From assembly GCA_035906255.1 (NCBI GenBank), contig JAMIFM010000029.1, positions 50,944-114,943 of the forward strand: a stretch of DNA of 64,000 bases, in the 5' to 3' direction. The notes under the pieces were generated by a model. It made no database searches and was not told the origin of the DNA. It saw only the letters and a program-made list of their open reading frames with translations. The stretch comes from Bacteroidia bacterium. Lineage in GTDB: Bacteria; Bacteroidota; Bacteroidia; UBA8524. Below, piece after piece: positions 50,151 through 59,510 of the stretch (position 1 is the stretch's first letter; every line of letters starts with the position of its first letter). Position numbers and translations under genes: made by a program.

Positions 50151-50870
50151 TTAATGCAATACTATGTTTGCTTTGCGTATCCTTTGCCAATAAATGGCGA
50201 TTGCTGCTAAAATTAAGCAAAAACCAATAATAAAAAGAGGCCAGTTATAGTGCACGGGTATAAATGTTAAACCTGCCTTCATTAGTTCTTCTGCTCCCGG
50301 CCACTGCCAACTGCCATACTTTCTGCCCGCATACTCAACAAAAGGCCACATAAAAGTTATTAAAATTATGCCGCAACCAATCAGCATAGTGCCCCACTCA
50401 CGCTTGCGTAAACGTCTCACAGCTCCCTTATGCTCATGCCCGATAATAATTGCCGCTAACCCTATCATGCTTAATGAAACTAAGCACGGTGTAATAACAG
50501 GCCCGTACCACGCCACAGGAATTAAAAATAATAAATCCCACTCAAAAAGGTTTTGCGGCCAGCCCAGCAGAACGTATAAGAAAACGTAATAAAAAATATC
50601 CCACACGGCAAAGCAAAACATAAACCAAGCAAACCTTGATAATCTGGTTTTTGCCAGCATCATACCTGCTGCTACCAGCATTACTACGGTAGCAGCCTCC
50701 CGTCCCAGTTCGGTTATTAAAATTATCGGAGCCATGCCGCGCATGGGGAATACAAACCCGTCAGGGTATAGCATATACCGCAGGTACACCACCACCGCAC
50801 TCTCTAAAAATGCCATTGCTATTGCAAACGCCAATGCAATAACATATTTGTTTTTAATTTCTGCTTCCAT
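50151..50870 (-). CDS. Polytopic membrane protein (239 aa)
   Basis: About 7 hydrophobic helices. Start at MEAEIKNKY. 17-nt overlap with the upstream gene. Confidence 0.6.
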   Translation of the reverse strand: MEAEIKNKYVIALAFAIAMAFLESAVVVYLRYMLYPDGFVFPMRGMAPIILITELGREAATVVMLVAAGMMLAKTRLSRFAWFMFCFAVWDIFYYVFLYVLLGWPQNLFEWDLLFLIPVAWYGPVITPCLVSLSMIGLAAIIIGHEHKGAVRRLRKREWGTMLIGCGIILITFMWPFVEYAGRKYGSWQWPGAEELMKAGLTFIPVHYNWPLFIIGFCLILAAIAIYWQRIRKANIVLH

Positions 50871-52407
50871 TTTCTTCAGGGGTTTGGATGGTTGCAGGTG
50901 CCAAAGTATCAGGGATGGCGATGTGGTACTTATCATAATTTAATGAGTTTAGGTACAGGTAATTAGTATGTCCCGTAAAATTCCACGATTGCCAGCCCTC
51001 ATTCCTGTGTTTCTCGGTAAACCTCACTGCTTTGTGTGTAAACTTCTCTGCCAGATTGTTATACTCCCATTCTTTATAGTGTCGTAGTGTCTTGGGGTCT
51101 GTGGTTGCTTCGTTCATCCATTCTTCAAGCAATGGCAGGTTGCGGTTTGATAGGCTTAACAGGTACTCAATATCAGGGTCTTCATTTATTATGTTCGCTT
51201 GTTTAAGATTATAACGGGTGATAATAATATCCCAGTCGATAGGACTGTTTGCCACAAGCACAACAAAAAAGGCAATAAAATTAATACGCACTAAATACCA
51301 GTTAGGTTTTTTTGCATATATTTTTATTGCTGTAAAAAAAAGTCCAAAAGAGGCAAGCAACAAGTAGAAAAATACCCCTACGCGTTTGTAGGTAAGCCCG
51401 TCTTCAATATCAATGTATAACAAATTTTTATAAGCTCCTGTGGCGGTAAGCAAAAGGTTTTGAATTATCCAAACAAGAGCAAGTAATTGCAGCGTTTTAG
51501 CCTTTTCTTCAAAATTTAAGTTACCTCTAAAGAAATACAGAATAATGCCTACTGCTATAATTATTGAGAAAATTAGTGCGCCAACCCCTTGGTGTACCAT
51601 TTGCGAGTAATCAAGACTGGGGTTAGCACTTACTCCTCCGGCTAAAAAGGCAACATCAGAAGCATTTACTATTAACAACAAAGCATTTAACAGTCCTAAT
51701 AATAAAACGCCGGCCTTATTTTCGAGCGTAGTTTTAATAGATTCTTCTCCGTCTGTCACACTAAGTTTGGCAATAAGAGGTTGACCCAGTTTTTGTTCCT
51801 CACGGTCAATAAACTTAATACGGCGGTTTTTTAGCAATGCAAACGAAACAAAAACACCCAACACTGTACACATTATCCAGCCGAAAGAAATAAAACTGAA
51901 ATTAATCTGTTGTAGTAATTGATTAAAAGCACTGCTGGTTGCACTATACAGTAATACAAATAATATAAATACGCTGAATATTATTATATATACAAACCAA
52001 TTGTTTCTTGGTTTTTTCTCCGTGTCTCTTTTTTTGTTTTCGCCCGCCACATGACCCTGCCTAAATGAGTTGGGCAAGGATAGCGGAAAAGCCAAACCGG
52101 TTTGTATAAAGTTAAGAATTGCCGAGGCACGGGGCTGGTGACTGTACCCTGCCACCAACACTAATGAGAAAAAGGAAGCCACCAATGAAACAAAGCTGCC
52201 ATACAGTATCATTCCGCTTAGCGAAACCAGCAAGGCAACAACACTAAACCACCAGTTCTTGCTTTTAATAATTTGTGAAGATTGCAATACTAAGCCTGCT
52301 ACGATAAAAAAGCTATACAGCGCATAGTTAATGCCTGCGGCTTGGTTATAAAACAAATAGGCAAATAAAATTCCGCCTATCAATATGAGCCAATCTTTTG
52401 TTTTCAT
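50854..52407 (-). CDS. Large polytopic membrane protein (517 aa; DUF4153/DUF4173-like guess)
   Basis: More than 10 TM helices and a soluble C-terminal region of about 110 aa. Family assignment is tentative. Confidence 0.55.
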   Translation of the reverse strand: MKTKDWLILIGGILFAYLFYNQAAGINYALYSFFIVAGLVLQSSQIIKSKNWWFSVVALLVSLSGMILYGSFVSLVASFFSLVLVAGYSHQPRASAILNFIQTGLAFPLSLPNSFRQGHVAGENKKRDTEKKPRNNWFVYIIIFSVFILFVLLYSATSSAFNQLLQQINFSFISFGWIMCTVLGVFVSFALLKNRRIKFIDREEQKLGQPLIAKLSVTDGEESIKTTLENKAGVLLLGLLNALLLIVNASDVAFLAGGVSANPSLDYSQMVHQGVGALIFSIIIAVGIILYFFRGNLNFEEKAKTLQLLALVWIIQNLLLTATGAYKNLLYIDIEDGLTYKRVGVFFYLLLASFGLFFTAIKIYAKKPNWYLVRINFIAFFVVLVANSPIDWDIIITRYNLKQANIINEDPDIEYLLSLSNRNLPLLEEWMNEATTDPKTLRHYKEWEYNNLAEKFTHKAVRFTEKHRNEGWQSWNFTGHTNYLYLNSLNYDKYHIAIPDTLAPATIQTPEENGSRN

Positions 52408-52424
52408 GCTATTTAAGGGTTTAA

Positions 52425-53150
52425 TTATTTTATGTTTCTTATCGTTTCTCTTACATCCAAAAAGAAATTACTACCCCCGTCGTTTATAAGAATGAAGGTT
52501 TTAGAGGGGTCGCCAAAAAACGGACTTAGTGTATAGGATAGCTGTGCCCCGATGAAAGCAAACATTATTGCCCATGCAAACAAAAACCAGAGGGCTTTTT
52601 GCCCGTTGCTGTTTGCCGGAGTTAGTAGTTGCCCTGAGTTATCGGTAGTGTATTGGGGTTTAGGCCAAGCTGTAGTTATAATTTCGCCCATTTGTGCATA
52701 AAACAGACGGATGCCTATAAACCCTGCAATACTGAAAACCACAATGTTTATGAATTTATAAAACTCATAACCGTTAGTAGTTATCAGAAAAAAGAAGGTA
52801 ACAGGGGCAAACGCTGCCAGCACCAAGCTAATGTAGGTGAGGCTTAGTAGCATTAATCCCAGTAGTTGTTTTAACCCCTGCTGAATGCCTAAGTAGGAAA
52901 GGAACATATACAGCGTTGGAAAACAAATTGCGGTAGTAAGCAAAAACAGTATAGGCAGTTTAACTGCTGATACTGTGGCTTGCAACGCATCGTAGCGGGC
53001 ACCTATTAAAAGGCCGTAGCTCATAAGCAGGCCAAGGCATAACGCAAACAGGGCGGTAAATTCTTTAACCGTTAAACCTTCGCCCAAGGTGCGGTTTAGT
53101 ACTGCTTGTTTGTTTCGGAGCAGTTGCTGTAAAGTGGCTGAGATACTCAT
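52425..53150 (-). CDS. Polytopic membrane protein (241 aa)
   Basis: 5-6 TM helices. Preceded by the palindromic operator motif. Confidence 0.6.
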   Translation of the reverse strand: MSISATLQQLLRNKQAVLNRTLGEGLTVKEFTALFALCLGLLMSYGLLIGARYDALQATVSAVKLPILFLLTTAICFPTLYMFLSYLGIQQGLKQLLGLMLLSLTYISLVLAAFAPVTFFFLITTNGYEFYKFINIVVFSIAGFIGIRLFYAQMGEIITTAWPKPQYTTDNSGQLLTPANSNGQKALWFLFAWAIMFAFIGAQLSYTLSPFFGDPSKTFILINDGGSNFFLDVRETIRNIK

Positions 53151-53164
53151 AATTATTATTTTGT

Positions 53165-53195
53165 TTTAAAAAGCACTTTGTGTTGCAAAGTGTAT
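53165..53195 (-). promoter_or_regulatory. Palindromic operator/promoter motif, copy 1
   Basis: TTAAAAAGCACTTTGTGTTGCAAAGTGTATG (plus-strand reading). 7-bp inverted repeat CACTTTG/CAAAGTG. Confidence 0.55.
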
Positions 53196-53208
53196 GCGCA
53201 AAAAAAAT

Positions 53209-53508
53209 TTAGTCGATGTTTTTTATAAAATTTTCAAGGCTGTCAATGTGGTTTCTAAACGCTTTCTGTCCTTCTTGTGTAGCCGTATAAGTAGTGTTGG
53301 TTTTTTTGCCTATAAATCCCTTTCGCACACTCACATACCCTGTCTTTTCAAGCGCAGTTATGTGGCTGGCAAGGTTGCCGTCGGTAACATCCAGCATTTC
53401 TTTAAGCGTATTAAAGTCAATGCTGTTATTCACCATCAGCACACTCATTATTGCCAGCCGTGTGCGGTTCTCAAATGCCTTATCAAATCCGTTAAGTAGT
53501 GGTTTCAT
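53209..53508 (-). CDS. Small winged-helix transcriptional regulator (99 aa)
   Basis: NRTRLAIMSVL...FNTLKEMLDVTDGNLASHITALEKTGYVSVRK is typical of ArsR/MarR-like wHTH proteins. Confidence 0.7.
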   Translation of the reverse strand: MKPLLNGFDKAFENRTRLAIMSVLMVNNSIDFNTLKEMLDVTDGNLASHITALEKTGYVSVRKGFIGKKTNTTYTATQEGQKAFRNHIDSLENFIKNID

Positions 53509-54146
53509 CCTTTCCGGTCATACTTATACCACATCACCCCGCCATATACAATGTGCATCAGGCCAAATCCTACCGCCCAAAACTCAAGCCCGTAGCCTAC
53601 ATTAAACATTGCTATCAGTCCCAAAACAATTTCGGTAATACCCAAATAGCGTATATCGTCAAAAGTGTATTTGCTTGCATTTAATAATGCAAATCCATAA
53701 AATACAAGCGTAGCAGGGGCAATCAATCCATACTCTTGGTGGTGTAGCAACGCCAAACAAAATATGCCCCCGGCACCCAACGGCAACAGCATATTAATAA
53801 ACAGCCGTTTTGTAGTATTGTCCCAAATTTTTTGCTTCACTTTGTTTGCCTTACGCAAAGTGAAGAATGTTGCTGACGCAAGTGCCAGCAGTAATGTTAC
53901 TGCCCCAATCAGCAAAAGGTTTGTTATAACCCGTTTTTCAAGCTCAATGTCAATAAAAGCATACGACTCAAAGGTGTTACGTAATCCTTCTTTGCTAAGG
54001 TAGAAATGCGTAAATACCGCCGCAGCTATGCCGCACACACCCGCCGCTACCCCTGATATACCGCTAAGTGATAAGAACCTCGAAGAACGGTCCATCAGCT
54101 GCCGTATCTCTTTTAGGTCGTTTAACTGGTTTTCTTTATTGCTCAT
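53505..54146 (-). CDS. Membrane protein (213 aa, about 5 TM)
   Basis: 4-nt ATGA overlap with the regulator gene. Operator motif abuts its ATG. Confidence 0.6.
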   Translation of the reverse strand: MSNKENQLNDLKEIRQLMDRSSRFLSLSGISGVAAGVCGIAAAVFTHFYLSKEGLRNTFESYAFIDIELEKRVITNLLLIGAVTLLLALASATFFTLRKANKVKQKIWDNTTKRLFINMLLPLGAGGIFCLALLHHQEYGLIAPATLVFYGFALLNASKYTFDDIRYLGITEIVLGLIAMFNVGYGLEFWAVGFGLMHIVYGGVMWYKYDRKG

Positions 54147-54176
54147 TTAAAAAGCACTTTGTATTGCAAAGTAATG
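54147..54176 (-). promoter_or_regulatory. Palindromic operator/promoter motif, copy 2
   Basis: TTAAAAAGCACTTTGTATTGCAAAGTAATG. 27 of the 30 aligned positions are identical to copy 1. Confidence 0.55.
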
Positions 54177-54268
54177 AACGATTGATGAAATATCCAAACA
54201 ATTTTTTTATCGAAATACAAACCTAAACTGTAAAAGCAGATGGTTAACTTTGGTAAAACCTTTCGGGT

Positions 54269-54802
54269 ATGGAGTTTAATCTTGAAAAATCGTTACAGCT
54301 GTTAGCGCGCACGCCAACAGTTATAAAACTACTATTGAACGGGTTGGACGACGAATGGATAAGGAATAATGAGGGAGGAGAAACATGGAGTCCGTTTGAT
54401 GTGGTCGGGCATTTGTTACACGGAGAAATTACCGATTGGATACCTCGCTTAGAAAAGATACTAAACGAGGATGGCGACAAGAATTTTGTTCCGTTTGACA
54501 GGTTTGCACAGTTTAATGAGAGCAAAGGCAAAACCCTTGAACAATTGCTGGATGAATTTATTGGGGCAAGAGCGCACAACCTCGCCATTTTAAAGGCAAA
54601 AAACATAACCCCTGCTGATTATAAAAAAACGGGCATTCACCCCGTCTTCGGTACTGTTACCCTTGAGCAACTGCTAAGTACATGGACGGTGCACGATTTG
54701 GCGCACATAAACCAAATTACAAGAGTAATGGCCAAACAATACAGGGAGGCAACCGGCCCTTGGCTTGAATATTTAAGTGTATTAAATGACCGAATGGCCT
54801 GA
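54269..54802 (+). CDS. DinB-family (DinB_2-like) metal-dependent four-helix-bundle protein
   Basis: WSPFDVVGHLLHGE and VHDLAHINQI histidine motifs. TAACTTTG -7 box at 54245-54252. Confidence 0.65.
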   Translation: MEFNLEKSLQLLARTPTVIKLLLNGLDDEWIRNNEGGETWSPFDVVGHLLHGEITDWIPRLEKILNEDGDKNFVPFDRFAQFNESKGKTLEQLLDEFIGARAHNLAILKAKNITPADYKKTGIHPVFGTVTLEQLLSTWTVHDLAHINQITRVMAKQYREATGPWLEYLSVLNDRMA

Positions 54803-54892
54803 TTTTAACTTTTGGGTTGTTTTTTTTAATATTTTATTTTATTATTTTCGTAATAGGAAGGTTGCTGCCTTTCTAACCACAGTTGCTATTAT

Positions 54893-56308
54893 ATGAATAC
54901 TGAACCTGCTAATACTGACGGCTTGGGAGAAGCCCCACCAAACAGTTTACTCACAGCGCTTTTAAATTCTTTTTCGGGAATAGTGTTTTTGGTTGATGCA
55001 GATACAGGGAAAATGATTTATAGCAGCAGGCTACCTTCTGAATGGTTAGGATACGCCGATAGTAAAGGAACGGGTGAGGAAATTTTTGTTGCCGAAAGCT
55101 TGCTTCACCCCGATGATTTACCGGCTTATAGAACACGGATAAACGAACTAAGGAAGCTACAGCCCAACCAAATACACGAAGCAAAAGAAAGGTATAAACA
55201 TACACAGGGTGGCTACAGGTGGTTTGCTACCCGCTACATAGTGTATGAAACAACAACCGCGGGTGAGGCCAAAACCTTAATGGGGTTGGCCTACGATATT
55301 AGTGAACAGGAAATACAGCAGAAAGAGGTTGAAAAGCTGGCTTTGATAGCCCAAAAAACAACCAATGCCATTATAATTACCAACCGCAACCTAAAAATTA
55401 CTTGGATAAACGACGGCTATACCCACCTGACGGGCTATACCTTAGCAGAAGTAAAGGGAAAACGAGCCACCGATTTGCTGGCAGAGCATACGAGCAATGC
55501 AGAGACCATACTACGGATTAATGAATGTGTGGAGCAAGGAACAAGTTTTGTGGAAGAGTTGGGCGGATATACAAAAGCCGGCGACGAATATTGGATGCGG
55601 ATAAATGCCGACCCTATACCCGACCTTAGCGGGAAAACGGATAGTTTTATTGCCATAGGCCAAAATATTACCGAGCTGAAAAAAAACAGCGAGGAATTAA
55701 TAAAATCGAACGAACGGCTAAGGCATTATGCCTTCTTTACCTCACATCAGCTTCGTTCGCCTGTTGCCGATATACTTTCAATATTGGATGTGGTTGATTA
55801 CGACCACCCTGAAAACCCTGATAACAGACGCTTATTAAACGATTTAAAAACGGTATCTGTTAAGCTGGATGGGGTTATACACGATTTAAACAAAATTGTA
55901 TCGGCTGATAGGGTTCGTTATGCAGATGAAAACCGCGAAAACCATCCCCTGCAAAGTATTATGCTGGTGGACGACGACCGCGTGTTTAATAATATCACCA
56001 CTATGATTTTGCGGAAACTAAGCCCGCAACTTGCCATTTTAAGCTATACACATGCTGCCAATGCACTTGAAACCCTAAAAAGCTCTAAAGTACCCGACGC
56101 TGTTTTTTTAGATATTAATATGCCCGATATGAACGGGTGGGAGTTTTTAAGCCAGCTTGAAACAACGGGGATTAATGTGCCCGTTTATATGTTAACCTCC
56201 TCTATTGACCCTGAGGACATTAAAAGGGCAAAGGCATACGGGCACGTAAAAGGCTATTTTACCAAACCGCTCACCAAAAGCGTACTCACAAAGTATTTTA
56301 TTTTTTAG
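54893..56308 (+). CDS. PAS-PAS-DHp(HisKA)-receiver protein lacking an ATP-binding catalytic domain
   Basis: Two PAS-like segments. H-box FFTSHQLRSPVADI. About 70 aa later, the receiver IMLVDDD...FLDINMPDMNGWE...YFTKP. No N/G1/G2 boxes. Confidence 0.7.
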   Translation: MNTEPANTDGLGEAPPNSLLTALLNSFSGIVFLVDADTGKMIYSSRLPSEWLGYADSKGTGEEIFVAESLLHPDDLPAYRTRINELRKLQPNQIHEAKERYKHTQGGYRWFATRYIVYETTTAGEAKTLMGLAYDISEQEIQQKEVEKLALIAQKTTNAIIITNRNLKITWINDGYTHLTGYTLAEVKGKRATDLLAEHTSNAETILRINECVEQGTSFVEELGGYTKAGDEYWMRINADPIPDLSGKTDSFIAIGQNITELKKNSEELIKSNERLRHYAFFTSHQLRSPVADILSILDVVDYDHPENPDNRRLLNDLKTVSVKLDGVIHDLNKIVSADRVRYADENRENHPLQSIMLVDDDRVFNNITTMILRKLSPQLAILSYTHAANALETLKSSKVPDAVFLDINMPDMNGWEFLSQLETTGINVPVYMLTSSIDPEDIKRAKAYGHVKGYFTKPLTKSVLTKYFIF

Positions 56309-56335
56309 CCCAAGATGAATTTTGTGTTAACTGCA

Positions 56336-56375
56336 AAGGGACAGTCGCAAAAGTTGAGACTGTCCCTTTTTTGTT
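56336..56375 (+). terminator. Intrinsic terminator
   Basis: AAGGGACAGTC / GACTGTCCCTT 11-bp stem followed by a T6 run. Confidence 0.8.
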
Positions 56376-56400
56376 TGTATGTTCAGAGCTTTGCTCCCCT

Positions 56401-56480
56401 GTCATTCCGAAGCGCAGCGAGGAAACTTATTGCAAGTGTGTTAACAAAGCGCGATAAGTTGCTTCCTACGTCAGCATGAC
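56401..56480. repeat. Imperfect inverted repeat of the GTCATTCCGAAGCGCAGCGAGGAA type
   Basis: GTCATTCCGAAGCGCAGCGAGGAAACTTAT ... ATAAGTTGCTTCCTACGTCAGCATGAC. Related to modules at 26.4-26.6 kb. Confidence 0.65.
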
Positions 56481-56502
56481 AGCAATTATCCGGTAAACAA
56501 AG

Positions 56503-56552
56503 CCACAATAACAAAGAGGCTGCCTCAAAAGACACCCTCTTTGTTATTGTGG
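56503..56552 (-). terminator. 17-bp perfect hairpin downstream of the adaptor gene
   Basis: CCACAATAACAAAGAGG / CCTCTTTGTTATTGTGG. Confidence 0.6.
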
Positions 56553-56569
56553 GCACATTGCCTTAAAAA

Positions 56570-57991
56570 TTAGTCTGTTTTCTTGCGGTTAAACAACTGG
56601 TTCTTGTCCACCACTTCTACTATATCACCGTTTTTCAACGTTTTTGATACCGCACTGTAAGGCCCTGTAATAATCTTGTCTCCCGGTTTCACGCCCTCCA
56701 ATATTTGTATGTGCTTACTGTCTTGTATGCCTGTTTTCACTTCCACCATCACCACTTTTCCGTTTTCAATTTTAAACACCACCTCTTTTTTCTCATCCTT
56801 CACATCGTCATCTTTTTTGCCCTTAGCATTTGTATTGCCTGTTGAGTTATCTTCTTCACCCGGTGGCGGGGGTTCTTCTCCTCCCTCATCCTCTTTATCG
56901 GCCTCCTTCTCTTCCTTGCCTTTTTTATCGTTAGAGCGTGTAGTAACCGATTCGATAGGAATACTCAATACTTTACGCTGAATATCGGTTTGAATATCAG
57001 CCGTGCCCGACATACCCGGGCGGAAGGGCGATAATTTATTGCTCATTCCTTTCATCAAATCGGTGTATGATTCGCGTAAAATGCGCACCTTCACTTCAAA
57101 ATTGGTTACTTGGTCGGTACTGGTAGTAGTGGTTGATGAAGTAGCCGAGTTGGCCACTTCTTTTACAATGCCTTTAAATTTCTTACCGGGGTAAGCGTCC
57201 ACCTCAACAATAGCAGTATCGCCCAGCGATACACGGATAATATCATTCTCGCTCACATCCACCTTCATCTCCATCTGCGTTAAATCGGCAATGCGTAGCA
57301 ACTCTGTACCCGCCATTGTTGCCGTTCCTACCACGCGCTCGCCCCTTTTCACATTCAGCTTAGATATTACACCGTCCATAGTTGCAAAAATCTCTGTACG
57401 CAACAGGTTTTTGCTGCTTTGGTTTAGCAACGCTTCCGAAGCATCAACATTAAACTTGGCTGCCTCAACACTCGCTTTTGCGGCTTCTATTTCACGCACG
57501 GCAGCTTGGTAGGTGCTTTGGCTGGTTTCAAACTCAGCATCCGAAATCACATTATCATCGTGCAGTTTTTTGTTACGTTTATAGGCAGGTTCTATTTCCG
57601 ATTTCATCCTTGCCTCTTGTTGCGCCAAACGGGCTTTGGCGTTTTCATAATTTGCCCGTGCATTGTTTAAGTTTGCACGGCTGCGCGATTCATCACTTTG
57701 CAAAAGGTCGGGGTTAATACGCACCAACAATTGTCCTTTTTTCACACTGTCGCCCTCGTTCACAAACAAATCCACAATCTCGCCCGATACCTCGGGGGCA
57801 ATTTTCACCTCTATTTCGGGTTGTATTTTTCCGTTAGAGCTAACTATTTCAGTAATGTCACGATTTTCGGCAGCTTCAACAGAAACCTTTTGGTGGCTTT
57901 CTTTATTACCGAAAGCAACCATTAAAATACCTATGACTACTACAAAAATCAGTAGCCAGTAGTACCATGCCAGTTTAAATTTCTTTTTCAT
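56570..57991 (-). CDS. Efflux periplasmic adaptor (HlyD/MacA-like MFP) with acidic/lysine low-complexity insert
   Basis: N-terminal TM, coiled-coil hairpin and barrel-sandwich pattern. Insert NDKKGKEEKEADKEDEGGEEPPPPGEEDN...KKDDDVKDEKKE. Confidence 0.75.
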   Translation of the reverse strand: MKKKFKLAWYYWLLIFVVVIGILMVAFGNKESHQKVSVEAAENRDITEIVSSNGKIQPEIEVKIAPEVSGEIVDLFVNEGDSVKKGQLLVRINPDLLQSDESRSRANLNNARANYENAKARLAQQEARMKSEIEPAYKRNKKLHDDNVISDAEFETSQSTYQAAVREIEAAKASVEAAKFNVDASEALLNQSSKNLLRTEIFATMDGVISKLNVKRGERVVGTATMAGTELLRIADLTQMEMKVDVSENDIIRVSLGDTAIVEVDAYPGKKFKGIVKEVANSATSSTTTTSTDQVTNFEVKVRILRESYTDLMKGMSNKLSPFRPGMSGTADIQTDIQRKVLSIPIESVTTRSNDKKGKEEKEADKEDEGGEEPPPPGEEDNSTGNTNAKGKKDDDVKDEKKEVVFKIENGKVVMVEVKTGIQDSKHIQILEGVKPGDKIITGPYSAVSKTLKNGDIVEVVDKNQLFNRKKTD

Positions 57992-58010
57992 GTATTGCTA
58001 AGTGTGTAGG

Positions 58011-59435
58011 TTATTGGTTGGTAATCTTTCCGGTGTTGTAAAACTCAATGGTTTTCATACGGAACAACAATTCATATTTAGCCTGTACCATATTAGTTTC
58101 GGCACGGGCAAGGTTATTTTTTATCAATGCAAACTCGGCATAGTTCATCAATCCTGCATCGTTGCGGGCGTTGGCAAACTCATAGCTTTTTTGTTGCGCC
58201 TCAATGTTTTCTTTTGATGAGGTATATTTTGCTTTTGCAGCCTCGTATTGTGTAACAGCGGTGGTCACATCCCTGTACACAGTATTTTCGGCCTGTTTTT
58301 TATTCAAATCAGCAATCTGTATGCTGTTTTTGGCATTGCTGATAGAGTTATTTACCTGCCATCCGTTAAATATCGGAATACTCATACTAACTCCAACAAA
58401 CTTACCCAAGTTGTCATTTAACTGCTGGCCAAAAGGAGTAACCGAAGCAGTAGTAGGAATGGCATAAGGTGCTATCACGGGGTTACCGTTAAGGTCGGTA
58501 TAAAGTTCACGGGTACCTATGGTGGTATAACCGCCGTAGTTCTTAAACGACTCTGAATATACCGAACTGATTGAGCCGCTTAATGAAATACGGGGACTGC
58601 GGCCGCCCAACGCGACTTTGTGTGCATACAACGAACTGTTTACACGGTATTGCGCGGCTCTTATTTCAGGGGCAGTTTGTGAAAAATTGGAATAAATAGT
58701 TTGCGGACTGTACACAGGCAGGTTTTCAAAATCTTGGGTGATGGTGGGTTTCACCACTTTATCGTCTCCAGTGGGCTGGTACATCATCAGTTGCCACAAG
58801 GTAAGGTACGATAGTTCCAGTTGGTTTTGTGCATTTACCAGCGTAAGGTTCTCGCTACTCAACTGGGCTTTTAGGTCAAGTACGGTATTAACCGGTTGTC
58901 GTCCCGCATCAACCAGCTTTTGTGCCCTGTCAAGCTGTTGTTGTGTGGTTTGCATTTGAACGCGGCTCACTTCTGCAATTTCTTCGTTCAATACTACTTG
59001 CAAAAAAGCAGCGGCAATGTTAAGTGCTACCGTGTTTCGGGTGGCATCCAAATCTTGCTTGGCAGCCTTTAGTGTGGCATCGTTTTGTTTAATGGTATTT
59101 TGGTTTTGCAACCCGCTGAAAAGCGTAACATTACCGCTAATGCTAAAGTTATTACTGCGTATTTGCTGCACTGCAAACGCGTTTGTAAAAGGGTCGATAG
59201 AGCGACCGAAGTTATAGTTGTTTGATGCGTTTGCATTGATGCTGGGCAACAACGATAATTTGCTTTGCAGCAGGTTATTGGTAGCCGTGCTCAATTGGGC
59301 TTGGCTTTGCTGCACGGTAATGTTGTTCTTCAGCGCGTGGTTAATGCAGTCTTCAAGCGTCCAATTGGTTTGGGCTCCTGTTTGCAATGTTGCACTAATG
59401 ATGAGCGCAACTATTAAGTACAGTTTGTTTTTCAT
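58011..59435 (-). CDS. TolC-family outer-membrane efflux protein
   Basis: Signal peptide. Two tandem OEP-type repeats (LTLEDCINHALKNN..., coiled-coil segments). Start at MKNKLYL. Confidence 0.8.
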   Translation of the reverse strand: MKNKLYLIVALIISATLQTGAQTNWTLEDCINHALKNNITVQQSQAQLSTATNNLLQSKLSLLPSINANASNNYNFGRSIDPFTNAFAVQQIRSNNFSISGNVTLFSGLQNQNTIKQNDATLKAAKQDLDATRNTVALNIAAAFLQVVLNEEIAEVSRVQMQTTQQQLDRAQKLVDAGRQPVNTVLDLKAQLSSENLTLVNAQNQLELSYLTLWQLMMYQPTGDDKVVKPTITQDFENLPVYSPQTIYSNFSQTAPEIRAAQYRVNSSLYAHKVALGGRSPRISLSGSISSVYSESFKNYGGYTTIGTRELYTDLNGNPVIAPYAIPTTASVTPFGQQLNDNLGKFVGVSMSIPIFNGWQVNNSISNAKNSIQIADLNKKQAENTVYRDVTTAVTQYEAAKAKYTSSKENIEAQQKSYEFANARNDAGLMNYAEFALIKNNLARAETNMVQAKYELLFRMKTIEFYNTGKITNQ

Positions 59436-59510
59436 GGTACTGATTAAAAAACAAAACAATATTATTGTGTAAAATTAAGGCCAACAGGTTTTTCTCGATA
59501 AATAAGACAA

